Part shown: piece by piece, positions 9,018 to 15,629 of the stretch | How the letters are laid out: every line of letters begins with the position of its first letter | Numbering within the stretch: position 1 is the stretch's first letter | NCBI GenBank assembly: GCA_046757165.1 | Contig: JBHHXT010000107.1 | Location: forward strand, 1 to 15,629 | DNA: 15,629 bases | Direction of reading: 5' to 3' | From: a bacterium | GTDB taxonomy: Bacteria > Zhuqueibacterota > Zhuqueibacteria > Oceanimicrobiales > Oceanimicrobiaceae | Made by a program: the position numbers and the translations under genes | The notes under the pieces: model-generated | Told to the model about the DNA's origin: nothing | The model's input: the letters and a program-made list of their open reading frames with translations, nothing else | The model's database searches: none

Positions 9018-10115
9018 TCACCGAAATCTCTGTTTTCTGTTCCGAATGTAATCCACAAAAATATACTCGCCTAATTGGTTCAAGGACGAATAGTAGGCTC
9101 TGCCGTTGTTCACCTCTGTCAAGTGCTTCACGAAATCCACCAGCCACGGATCTCTCGCCACCATGAAGGTCGTGATGGTGATGCTATTGCGGCGGCACAG
9201 GCGCGCTTGGTTGAGCGTCTGGTTCACAATGCGCCGGTCGAGGCCGTACGGATTCTTGAACAGCTTACCGCCCGTAAATATCGCAGAAGGTTTGCCATCG
9301 GTCACCATGAAGATCTGCTTGTTGACGTTGTGTTTGCGTTTGAGGATGCGCTGCGCAAGCTCGAGAGCGTCCTTGGTGTTGGTGTGATAAGGTCCGACAG
9401 CGATGGTCGGAATGTCTTCGAGATCGACCTCGATGGCGCGATCACCAAAGACGACCACATGCAGGCTGTCCCTGGGAAAGCGTGTCAGAATCATCTCTGA
9501 CAACGCGAGCGCCACCTTCTTGGCAGGCGTAATGCGGTCTTCGCCATAAAGAATCATGCTGTGGCTGATATCGAGCAGCAGAACGGTGGCACATGCGGTC
9601 AGATGCTCCGTCTCATAGACCTCGAAATCCTCCTCTTTCAGCCTGAAGTCTTCCAACCCCTCGCGCTTGATAGCGTTGCTGATGGTGGCTGCAAAATCGA
9701 TGTTGGACGCCTGGTCGCCAACCTGGTAGGGTTTGGTTTCGCTCAGCCGTTCCACCCCCTGCCCGGAGTAAGGGGATTCGTGGTCCCCCATGGACCGCTT
9801 CTGGAGTGAGGTAAATATCTCCTTCAGCGCATCCCGGCGGATGCGACGTGAGCCCTTGTGGGTCAGCGCCAGAATATCATTGAACTCCTCGATGAACCCT
9901 TCCTTCTTCAGCCACTCGAGAAAATCGTCGAACCCAATCCCTTCGTTCTCATCGAAAAGGTGGTACTCGTTGTCCAGCTCTGTCATCCATTGCAGAGCCT
10001 GGTTCACATCGCCGCTGGCGTTCAGCAGCAACTGACTGAGCAATGTCATCAGGGCGTCGAAGGTGAGCTTGCTTTTTTCGTTGCTCTCGCGCCATTCTGA
10101 GTATCGCAGCTTCAT
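9018..10115 (-). CDS. von Willebrand factor A (vWA) domain protein, probable partner of the adjacent AAA+ ATPase
   Basis: MIDAS motif LLDISHSM, a conserved T in YHTNT, and VTDGKPS. Adjacent to the AAA+ ATPase. Confidence 0.9.
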   Translation of the reverse strand: MKLRYSEWRESNEKSKLTFDALMTLLSQLLLNASGDVNQALQWMTELDNEYHLFDENEGIGFDDFLEWLKKEGFIEEFNDILALTHKGSRRIRRDALKEIFTSLQKRSMGDHESPYSGQGVERLSETKPYQVGDQASNIDFAATISNAIKREGLEDFRLKEEDFEVYETEHLTACATVLLLDISHSMILYGEDRITPAKKVALALSEMILTRFPRDSLHVVVFGDRAIEVDLEDIPTIAVGPYHTNTKDALELAQRILKRKHNVNKQIFMVTDGKPSAIFTGGKLFKNPYGLDRRIVNQTLNQARLCRRNSITITTFMVARDPWLVDFVKHLTEVNNGRAYYSSLNQLGEYIFVDYIRNRKQRFR

Positions 10116-10138
10116 ACTACCAGCTCGCTTTTGTTACG

Positions 10139-10147
10139 ATTATACCA
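10139..10147 (-). promoter_or_regulatory. Extended -10 promoter (TGgTATAAT) immediately upstream of the vWA gene
   Basis: Perfect TGnTATAAT ending 24 bp before ATG 10115. No convincing -35. Confidence 0.55.
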
Positions 10148-10168
10148 GCTTGAACAATGAAGCAGGAC

Positions 10169-10311
10169 CACAAATCTGCATTTTGGGCAAGAACCCTGGC
10201 CAGCGGTGTGCCAACAGATGATTGCGGAAATCAGCGAAAAGGTTCCGAAACCCAGGTAGTGCGGAGACCGCTTCGCTTGACTCCGACACCATCCAATCCC
10301 TGCGGTTTGTG
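10169..10311 (-). ncRNA. Candidate structured RNA or leader (long imperfect hairpin), family unidentified
   Basis: 10216-10247 pairs with 10262-10294 and 10169-10180 pairs with 10301-10311. Four inner-stem pairs are G.U on the minus strand but A.C on the plus strand. A candidate promoter lies just upstream. Confidence 0.4.
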
Positions 10312-10338
10312 AAGAATCAAGCCAGATTACAAGTTTAC

Positions 10339-10367
10339 AATATGACTATTTGATAGCTCAAAAGCAA
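10339..10367 (-). promoter_or_regulatory. Candidate promoter TTGCTT-17-CATATT
   Basis: 17-bp spacing in an AT-rich patch just after the GH13 stop. Shares the same -35 context as 15023-15036. Confidence 0.45.
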
Positions 10368-10386
10368 GAGTTTTGATAAGCTTGTG

Positions 10387-13300
10387 CTATTCCTTCTCCA
10401 GAAACAGAAGGAGCCTTTCCACCTGATACCCTGAGGCTTCCATCGCCTCCAGCCATTTTCGAGCTATGCCGTAAGCGTTGGCCACTCTTTGCGTCGCACT
10501 TCGGCCTTCAAGTAGGCTCCGGGCACCGATCTTGACCGCAGCAACCAGGAATAATCTCCTCACCAACTCCTCGAAACGTTCCTTATTAAACCACAGAATA
10601 TCATCAAAACGGTTCATTCTGAGGAACTGCTGCACACTGCCACGGCTCAGCAAATCCCGCATCACGCTGTACGCCGTCGGTTTGTTCCTGCCTTTAGGCA
10701 AGGACCAGTTCTGCTGCTCGGTCAGAATAGACAACAGGAGCGACTCCCTAGCCGCGCGCTCGTCGGCCATTCCATGCGCTCTTAGCAGCCCGACGACGCG
10801 CTTGCCAAGCAGCCATTCCTCCAGCCAGGCGGCGCTCTGCGCTTCATAGTTTCCAGCCGACCGTACCTGTCCTAACCCGTGCACGGTGAGCCAGCCAAAG
10901 AAAAAACGCCAAATATCGTCGGTCAGGGAACTTTGTACAAAGTTAACTATCTCGCTGCGTTTTTCCGGTTTCATTCTCGGCAACCGTTGGCTGCTCGAGA
11001 GAAGACACAACGCGGCCTCGGTCTCTGCGCCCAGCTCCTTTGCCAGAGCATCCAGGTTCCCCGTACACGCTTCCGCGACGAACTTTTTTACCACGGGGAG
11101 CAACTGGCGATACGCACTGACAAACTTGTCGATGAAGGTCGAATCTATCTTGGCCTTCTCGCCTGACAGACGGGAGCTCATGAATGCCTGCAGCATGTCA
11201 TGATTCAGGACGGCATCGACGCGCTCGAGCAACGGGTTCAGGGCGAGTTCTTGCAACGCCTCCGAAATACTGGCAACCCCTCGCCCATTCAAGTGGTGGG
11301 TCAACTGGGCATAATGCCGCCATTGATTATCCCGAATCTCGACCATGTCAGTCAGAAGCTGATATTTGAAGGCGCCGAGCTCGAAGTAAAGTCCCTGGTC
11401 GCAAATCTGTTTGCAGTTTCTGATATATTGCAGACCCGAGATGGCGTCGGTGAAGATCAGGTAAGTGTTGTCGTCGTATGGCAATTGCAATCCCTGGCGC
11501 AGGGATTTTTGCACCAGCCGATTGTCGATGCCATTTTCGCTCTTTTCTGCGTACGGCACCGATGCCCGGATCCAGCCAGAGGCGTGTTCGTACTTGTTGT
11601 TGTAGATGACCACGACACGCTCTCCATCCCTGCGGTTGGAGTAGACGAACATATTCTCATTGACAAAGCCGTTCGGGGTGACAAAGTCATAAAACAGGAA
11701 GTTCTCTACTCCGGCAAACAGGTAACGCTTTTTCATCAAAGGGAAAATCTCACGCTGGTGCCGCTCGACCAGGTCGTGGTTGCCGGGCTCATCCCAATAG
11801 GCGCGCCGGTATTCCATACCGTATTTCTCGTGCAGCCCCTCGGTCTGGCCGTGACCAAACATGGGGAGACCGGGCATGGTGACCATCATCAGGCAAACGC
11901 CAAAGTATTTGTCGCCATCGCCAAACTGGGCGATAGCTGTCTCCTCATCGGGATTGTTCATGAAATTGACAAAGCGTTTGAGAATCTCGGGATTGAACTG
12001 CAGCGTGTTGATGACCGTTTTGCGATACTTCTGGTTTTCTTCGTTCTTGAGCATATTCATGAAGGCGCTGTTGTAGACGCGGTGCATCCCAAGCGTACGC
12101 ACGAAGTAGCCCTCCATGAGCCAGAAGGCCTCGGCGAGCAGAAGGCAATCTGGCACCTCCTGCGCCACGCGGTCTACCACTTGCCGCCAGAATTCCTGTG
12201 GCATAGCCCCGTTGAACTCCTGCTTCGTCATCCCGCATTCGGCGCGTGAGGGAATATCTCCGCCACTGCCGGGCTCAGGAAACCACAGCCGCTGATAGTG
12301 TTTCTTGGTCAACGTCATGGCGGCATCAAACCGGATGATGGGAAATAAGCGTGCGACTTCGACGATCTTTTGCAGCATCGCCTCGCGCACCTGTGGATGC
12401 AAGTAATTCAACTGTGCGGTGTCGTTCCAGGGCATGTTTGTGCCATCGTTGCCGTGGTAAATGTACCGCACATCACCGCTCCAGGTGTCTTGCCGTTTGA
12501 ACACGACCGCCGCATCACTCTGGTCATGGTACCTGTCCTCTATCTGAACAACATACCTCGGGTCTGCTGAGAGATTCACCCCGTTAAAGGTGTAGGCAGG
12601 GAAGGGGCTGTAAGGCAAGGAGATATACCAGTCCGGATGCTCCCGAAGCCAGCGGGAGTCGATGCCCGTGTGGTTCGGCACCATGTCGCAAGCCAGGCGG
12701 ATGCCGCGACGCCAGCAACGGGCTTTGAGATTCTGCAGTGCGTCGGTGCCGCCCAGCTCGTGCGAAATCTCATAATCGTATAATGAATACGCGGACGCTT
12801 CTGCTTCAGGATTGCCCGAGATGCGCTTGATGGTCTTCGACGCTTCGCAGCGCTGCCAAATTCCGATGAGCCACAGGCCTGTAAATCCCCAACCGGCCAG
12901 AGTATCCAGCTCTGCATCCGGTATCTGGTCAAGCCGCGTGATCGGTCGGTGGTATTTCTTCGACAACTGGTCGAGCCACACGAGCGTGCTTTTCGCTATC
13001 AGGACCAGCTTCGGCATCCAGTCCAGGTCTTCGCTGAACCGCTCGGCTTCATCCTCTACCTCGTAGCGCGCGACTTCTGTCGGCGGTTGGCCCGGGAAAA
13101 CCGTTTTGCTCTCTTCTTTGATGAGATCCAGACTTGCGAGCAAGCGGCCCCTGAACTTCTCGACCAGAGGCCCCCAGTGGGTGAAAATGAATCTGAGCTG
13201 CTCTGACAATGAGTGTGGTCTGGCAGCTGCAGGTTGGCGCAGCAAACTCAACAGGTCCAGGTCATCTGGTCCAAAGGTGGGCTGCGTTTTGAAGAACTCG

Positions 13301-13911
13301 CTCATGCCTTGAAGCATCTGCGTGTATCCTGTCTGATTCCGCAACATTTTGTCGTCAAAGAGTTCCCTGAACGGCGCCAGTGCGGAATTGGCGTTGGATA
13401 CCGACAGCAGCATGAGCTCTTCCAGAACGATGAGCCGGTTGGTTACGCCACCGGTGTCGTCCCTCAAATAGGTTGCAGCATCGATCCCTTGTTCATAGAC
13501 CCGCGAGGTCGGAAAGAGATGTGCGAACGTGATGAGCGTAGGCTCAACAGACTCCGCTCCGACTTTGTTGTGCAGCCATTCAACAGCGTGATCAAATACT
13601 TTTGGGTTCACTTGCTGACGGTAGAGATGGACAACCCAGTGGAACACCTCATGCAGCAATCCCATGGCGTTGATTTCGCCCGCTCGTACCATCATCTGGG
13701 GGCGGTTGAGTAGGTCGCGTTTGCGGTTCATTTTTTGCGCGAAAAGCCGCGCCGCATGAAAGCTCGTAAAGATGACGTTGCCCCGGGTAGAAAACAGATG
13801 GCGGTCGAATTCATATTTCTCCCTCGCTGCGCGTGAAACATGAAATTCAAGCTCCACAGACGATGCAGAGTCTGCTTCGTCACGCTTCACGAAAAAAAGC
13901 CTCTGCTTCAT
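10387..13911 (-). CDS. Large alpha-amylase-family glycoside hydrolase (GH13), no signal peptide; start uncertain (13911 preferred, 13971 possible)
   Basis: GH13 conserved regions DMVPNH, RFDAAM (nucleophile Asp), LAEAFW (acid/base Glu) and NNPDE (transition-state Asp), plus WNDTAQLNY. Long N- and C-terminal extensions. Confidence 0.9.
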   Translation of the reverse strand: MKQRLFFVKRDEADSASSVELEFHVSRAAREKYEFDRHLFSTRGNVIFTSFHAARLFAQKMNRKRDLLNRPQMMVRAGEINAMGLLHEVFHWVVHLYRQQVNPKVFDHAVEWLHNKVGAESVEPTLITFAHLFPTSRVYEQGIDAATYLRDDTGGVTNRLIVLEELMLLSVSNANSALAPFRELFDDKMLRNQTGYTQMLQGMSEFFKTQPTFGPDDLDLLSLLRQPAAARPHSLSEQLRFIFTHWGPLVEKFRGRLLASLDLIKEESKTVFPGQPPTEVARYEVEDEAERFSEDLDWMPKLVLIAKSTLVWLDQLSKKYHRPITRLDQIPDAELDTLAGWGFTGLWLIGIWQRCEASKTIKRISGNPEAEASAYSLYDYEISHELGGTDALQNLKARCWRRGIRLACDMVPNHTGIDSRWLREHPDWYISLPYSPFPAYTFNGVNLSADPRYVVQIEDRYHDQSDAAVVFKRQDTWSGDVRYIYHGNDGTNMPWNDTAQLNYLHPQVREAMLQKIVEVARLFPIIRFDAAMTLTKKHYQRLWFPEPGSGGDIPSRAECGMTKQEFNGAMPQEFWRQVVDRVAQEVPDCLLLAEAFWLMEGYFVRTLGMHRVYNSAFMNMLKNEENQKYRKTVINTLQFNPEILKRFVNFMNNPDEETAIAQFGDGDKYFGVCLMMVTMPGLPMFGHGQTEGLHEKYGMEYRRAYWDEPGNHDLVERHQREIFPLMKKRYLFAGVENFLFYDFVTPNGFVNENMFVYSNRRDGERVVVIYNNKYEHASGWIRASVPYAEKSENGIDNRLVQKSLRQGLQLPYDDNTYLIFTDAISGLQYIRNCKQICDQGLYFELGAFKYQLLTDMVEIRDNQWRHYAQLTHHLNGRGVASISEALQELALNPLLERVDAVLNHDMLQAFMSSRLSGEKAKIDSTFIDKFVSAYRQLLPVVKKFVAEACTGNLDALAKELGAETEAALCLLSSSQRLPRMKPEKRSEIVNFVQSSLTDDIWRFFFGWLTVHGLGQVRSAGNYEAQSAAWLEEWLLGKRVVGLLRAHGMADERAARESLLLSILTEQQNWSLPKGRNKPTAYSVMRDLLSRGSVQQFLRMNRFDDILWFNKERFEELVRRLFLVAAVKIGARSLLEGRSATQRVANAYGIARKWLEAMEASGYQVERLLLFLEKE

Positions 13912-14075
13912 AGTCTCTCGTTCTCGAATGGTCAGCCTTCTCCAATTGACTCGAGCGTCCTGTCTGTGCATGGCGCTCTTCGTGGGTTCCAAATGTTGGT
14001 TGATATGAGACGGAAAAAAGATGGCAGGAGGACACAGGACGCAGGCTCAGTCCAAATGAAACCACCAGGGGATTC

Positions 14076-14528
14076 CTACACCACCGGCTGGCTAACTCCT
14101 GGGTTTGAGCCCGTTTTTTCTATCGTCGATTTTAGCCGCTGATTGTCTTTTTCCAATCCCTCACTCAGCATTCTGATGGTCTCTTTTGACAGGTCATCGT
14201 CATAGTAGCTCGTCCGTCGCAGCAGAGTGCCGCTGCCGAGCGATTTGATTTGAATTTCGCCCTTTCCAGTCAGTGGCCCGCCGTACCGACGATAGGCGAT
14301 TCTTGAATGTTCGACGAACTCGGTTATGGCCACCTTATACTTGACCGCCGTGTCATCCTCGCCGGTCTCGATGCGTGCTTCTGTCCCGACACCAGCTTCT
14401 CCGTCTTCTGTGCAACCGTTCACTTCCCTGACAAAGTCAAAAATCTTCGTCCAGTTGCGCGGCTGAATATGCGCCCAGACTCGATTTCTGGAAGCCTGAA
14501 TTTCGATGGAACGTGTGATTTCGGTCAT
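14076..14528 (-). CDS. SRPBCC (START/polyketide-cyclase-like) family protein, 150 aa
   Basis: AGGAG RBS before ATG 14528. Typical start ITRSIEIQASRNRVWAHI, GVGT motif, ITEFVEHSRIAY, and a C-terminal helix ending LKSTIE. Confidence 0.8.
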   Translation of the reverse strand: MTEITRSIEIQASRNRVWAHIQPRNWTKIFDFVREVNGCTEDGEAGVGTEARIETGEDDTAVKYKVAITEFVEHSRIAYRRYGGPLTGKGEIQIKSLGSGTLLRRTSYYDDDLSKETIRMLSEGLEKDNQRLKSTIEKTGSNPGVSQPVV

Positions 14529-14565
14529 GTTGAGGGCTCCTTTACGATTCAACGCGGGAGCGAAC

Positions 14566-14931
14566 CTACAAAGCCGCAACCGCAGCCGATAGCTCCGCTG
14601 AGATTTTTTGTTTGATTTGAGCGTCATCGACCCGGCTGACGACCTCGTCTATCGTTTCGCCCGCGGCCGACCAATTGTTCATCGTAAACGCTCTGTTACA
14701 AAAAAGAAAATAGCCGCCGGGGCATTTGAAAAGCTGCACGCTTTTGCAATCTCCGACATACCCGGTCTTGAACAATTGTCCACCTTTGAACACAACTTCC
14801 GAGCCTTTCAGTGAAAGGATGTGACTCACACGGTTGAGCTGGTTCAAGAAGTTTCTGCCCTCTATGGTGTGCACAGAGGATTCTAAGTCCAACTTAACAA
14901 CATTATTGGCCTGCCGCGCATTCTCGGACAT
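14566..14931 (-). CDS. Hypothetical protein, 121 aa
   Basis: GGAG upstream of the ATG, protein-like composition, co-oriented 37 bp upstream of the SRPBCC gene. No family recognised. Confidence 0.75.
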   Translation of the reverse strand: MSENARQANNVVKLDLESSVHTIEGRNFLNQLNRVSHILSLKGSEVVFKGGQLFKTGYVGDCKSVQLFKCPGGYFLFCNRAFTMNNWSAAGETIDEVVSRVDDAQIKQKISAELSAAVAAL

Positions 14932-15006
14932 AGATTTCAGGTCTCCGTCTTAAGCTTTGAGGTGTTCTCGCTGAATAGTCGCCGCGTCTTGGCAAAAACA
15001 AAATCT

Positions 15007-15035
15007 AAAATAAAAAGAATGCAGCGCAAAAGCAA
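15007..15035 (-). promoter_or_regulatory. Candidate promoter TTGCTT-17-TATTTT for the hypothetical-SRPBCC(-GH13) unit
   Basis: 17-bp spacing, AT-rich context, ~75 bp upstream of ATG 14931. Confidence 0.5.
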
Positions 15036-15064
15036 GTGAAATGTCTGGACCCTGGCGCAATCGA

Positions 15065-15093
15065 TTGACACAGGGTATCAACCGGAGTACAAT
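15065..15093 (+). promoter_or_regulatory. Near-consensus sigma70 promoter TTGACA-17-TACAAT
   Basis: -35 at 15065-15070, -10 at 15088-15093, exact 17-bp spacer. Divergent from the minus-strand promoter at 15007-15035. Confidence 0.6.
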
Positions 15094-15342
15094 TGGCGTG
15101 CGGTCGTCATCTTTCCGGAGGAGACGGTCGATCCGGGGGTTCATCCCCATTATCGCGAATTTTTTGAGACAAGCCGTTTGCGGAGAGTCTATTTGAGCAA
15201 GCTCGCCCCGGAGCATCTCGAGAAGTTTCCGCTCAACTTGCTGCAGATCATCACCGTACCGAACGAAGATGTGTCTAGTGTCGTAGGCAAGGTAGCCCGG
15301 CAGGTCTCAGATGAAATTCAAGACCCGAATCTGAAATTCCCG
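15076..15342 (+). pseudogene. Internal fragment of an Rpn-family (DUF2887-like) recombination-promoting nuclease / putative transposase
   Basis: Frame +1 reads YQPEYNWRAVVIFPEETVDPGVHPHYREFFETSRLRRVYLSKL...LNLLQIITVP...VARQVSDEIQDPNLKFP, which matches my recollection of the DUF2887 middle region (W.AVVI.P, R..R.YL..L). There is an in-frame TGA at 15037-15039 and no N-terminal nuclease motif. Confidence 0.7.
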
Positions 15343-15354
15343 CTCGTACGGTCC

Positions 15355-15420
15355 ACACAGATCAAAAAACCACGCGGAAAATGCCCGATTGAGAAATCCG
15401 TGTGGTTTTTTGATCCGTGT
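15355..15420. repeat. Long palindrome: 24-bp arms (22/24 complementary) around an 18-nt loop
   Basis: ACACAGATCAAAAAACCACGCGGA (15355-15378) versus TCCGTGTGGTTTTTTGATCCGTGT (15397-15420). Confidence 0.9.
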
Positions 15421-15457
15421 TAATTATTTTGTCGAACAGACTGTGGCCCTTTTCTCA

Positions 15458-15623
15458 CCTGGATAATTCATGAATTCCTCCCGGCAAGGGCCAACCTGTA
15501 AGGAGTGAAATGCTTTAGCATTTCATGCAACGCTAAAGCGTTGCACTCTTATTTATTCCGTTAAGGTATTGCACAATCAAGCGATTATAGGAATATTTGC
15601 CAATCTCTGGTGAATAATCCAGG
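15458..15623. mobile_element. 166-bp MITE-like non-autonomous element, possibly IS1380-related
   Basis: TIRs CCTGGATAATTCA (15458-15470) and TGAATAATCCAGG (15611-15623), 12/13 match. Flanked exactly by the direct repeat CTCA (15454-15457 and 15624-15627). No transposase inside. Confidence 0.75.
15501..15550. repeat. Inverted doublet of REP-like 25-nt hairpin units
   Basis: AGGAGTGAAATGCTTTAGCATTTCA (15501-15525) and the reverse complement of 15526-15550 (AAGAGTGCAACGCTTTAGCGTTGCA) are 20/25 identical. Each contains a perfect 8-bp stem around a TTTA loop. Confidence 0.8.
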
Positions 15624-15629
15624 CTCAAT

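Noticed and set aside
9010..9147. N-terminal extensions in the track (ATPase 9147, SRPBCC 14627, LacI 3812, GH13 13992)
   Set aside because: The first two overlap upstream genes, and none of the four adds family-like sequence. The downstream ATG starts fit better.
10116..10386. c-di-GMP or cobalamin riboswitch, suggested by the downstream HD-GYP and chelatase-like genes
   Set aside because: I could not find the conserved core motifs of either class by eye. The region is kept only as an unidentified structured-RNA candidate.
11200..12249. 349-aa plus-strand ORF and other short ORFs inside the GH13 gene
   Set aside because: Antisense or out-of-frame shadows of a well-supported gene.
13954..14042. 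9-bp inverted repeat GCGTCCTGT / ACAGGACGC and short CAGGA-like reiterations upstream of the GH13 gene
   Set aside because: Short arms about 70 nt apart with no further pairing that I could establish. Compatible with chance.
14950..15216. 88-aa minus-strand ORF
   Set aside because: Antisense to the Rpn-like fragment, runs through the promoter region, and has no recognisable motifs.

Overview
Bacterial chromosomal window with every well-supported gene on the minus strand. In transcription order: a 121-aa hypothetical protein, an SRPBCC/START-like protein, a very large cytoplasmic GH13 alpha-amylase-family protein, a vWA protein plus AAA+ (ChlI/MoxR-like) ATPase pair, a GAF + HD-GYP phosphodiesterase translationally coupled to DNA primase (dnaG), a LacI-family repressor, and a TonB-dependent receptor. 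The receptor runs off the left edge and is missing from the ORF track. The style of the receptor plus canonical sigma70 promoters and SD sites suggests a non-Bacteroidetes FCB-group organism such as KSB1 or Calditrichota (inference only). The most interesting signals are non-coding. (i) Four same-orientation 14-bp near-palindromes (TGGAAGTGCTTCCA) at ~60-bp period follow a TTGACA-17-TATACT promoter upstream of lacI. (ii) A long G.U-rich hairpin at 10169-10311 has its own candidate promoter and a hidden 50-codon ORF. (iii) The right end (15065-15627) is dense with elements: an Rpn/DUF2887-like remnant with a near-consensus promoter, a 24-bp-arm palindrome, and a 166-bp MITE-like element (13-bp TIRs, CTCA duplication) that carries an inverted REP-like doublet with compensatory base changes.
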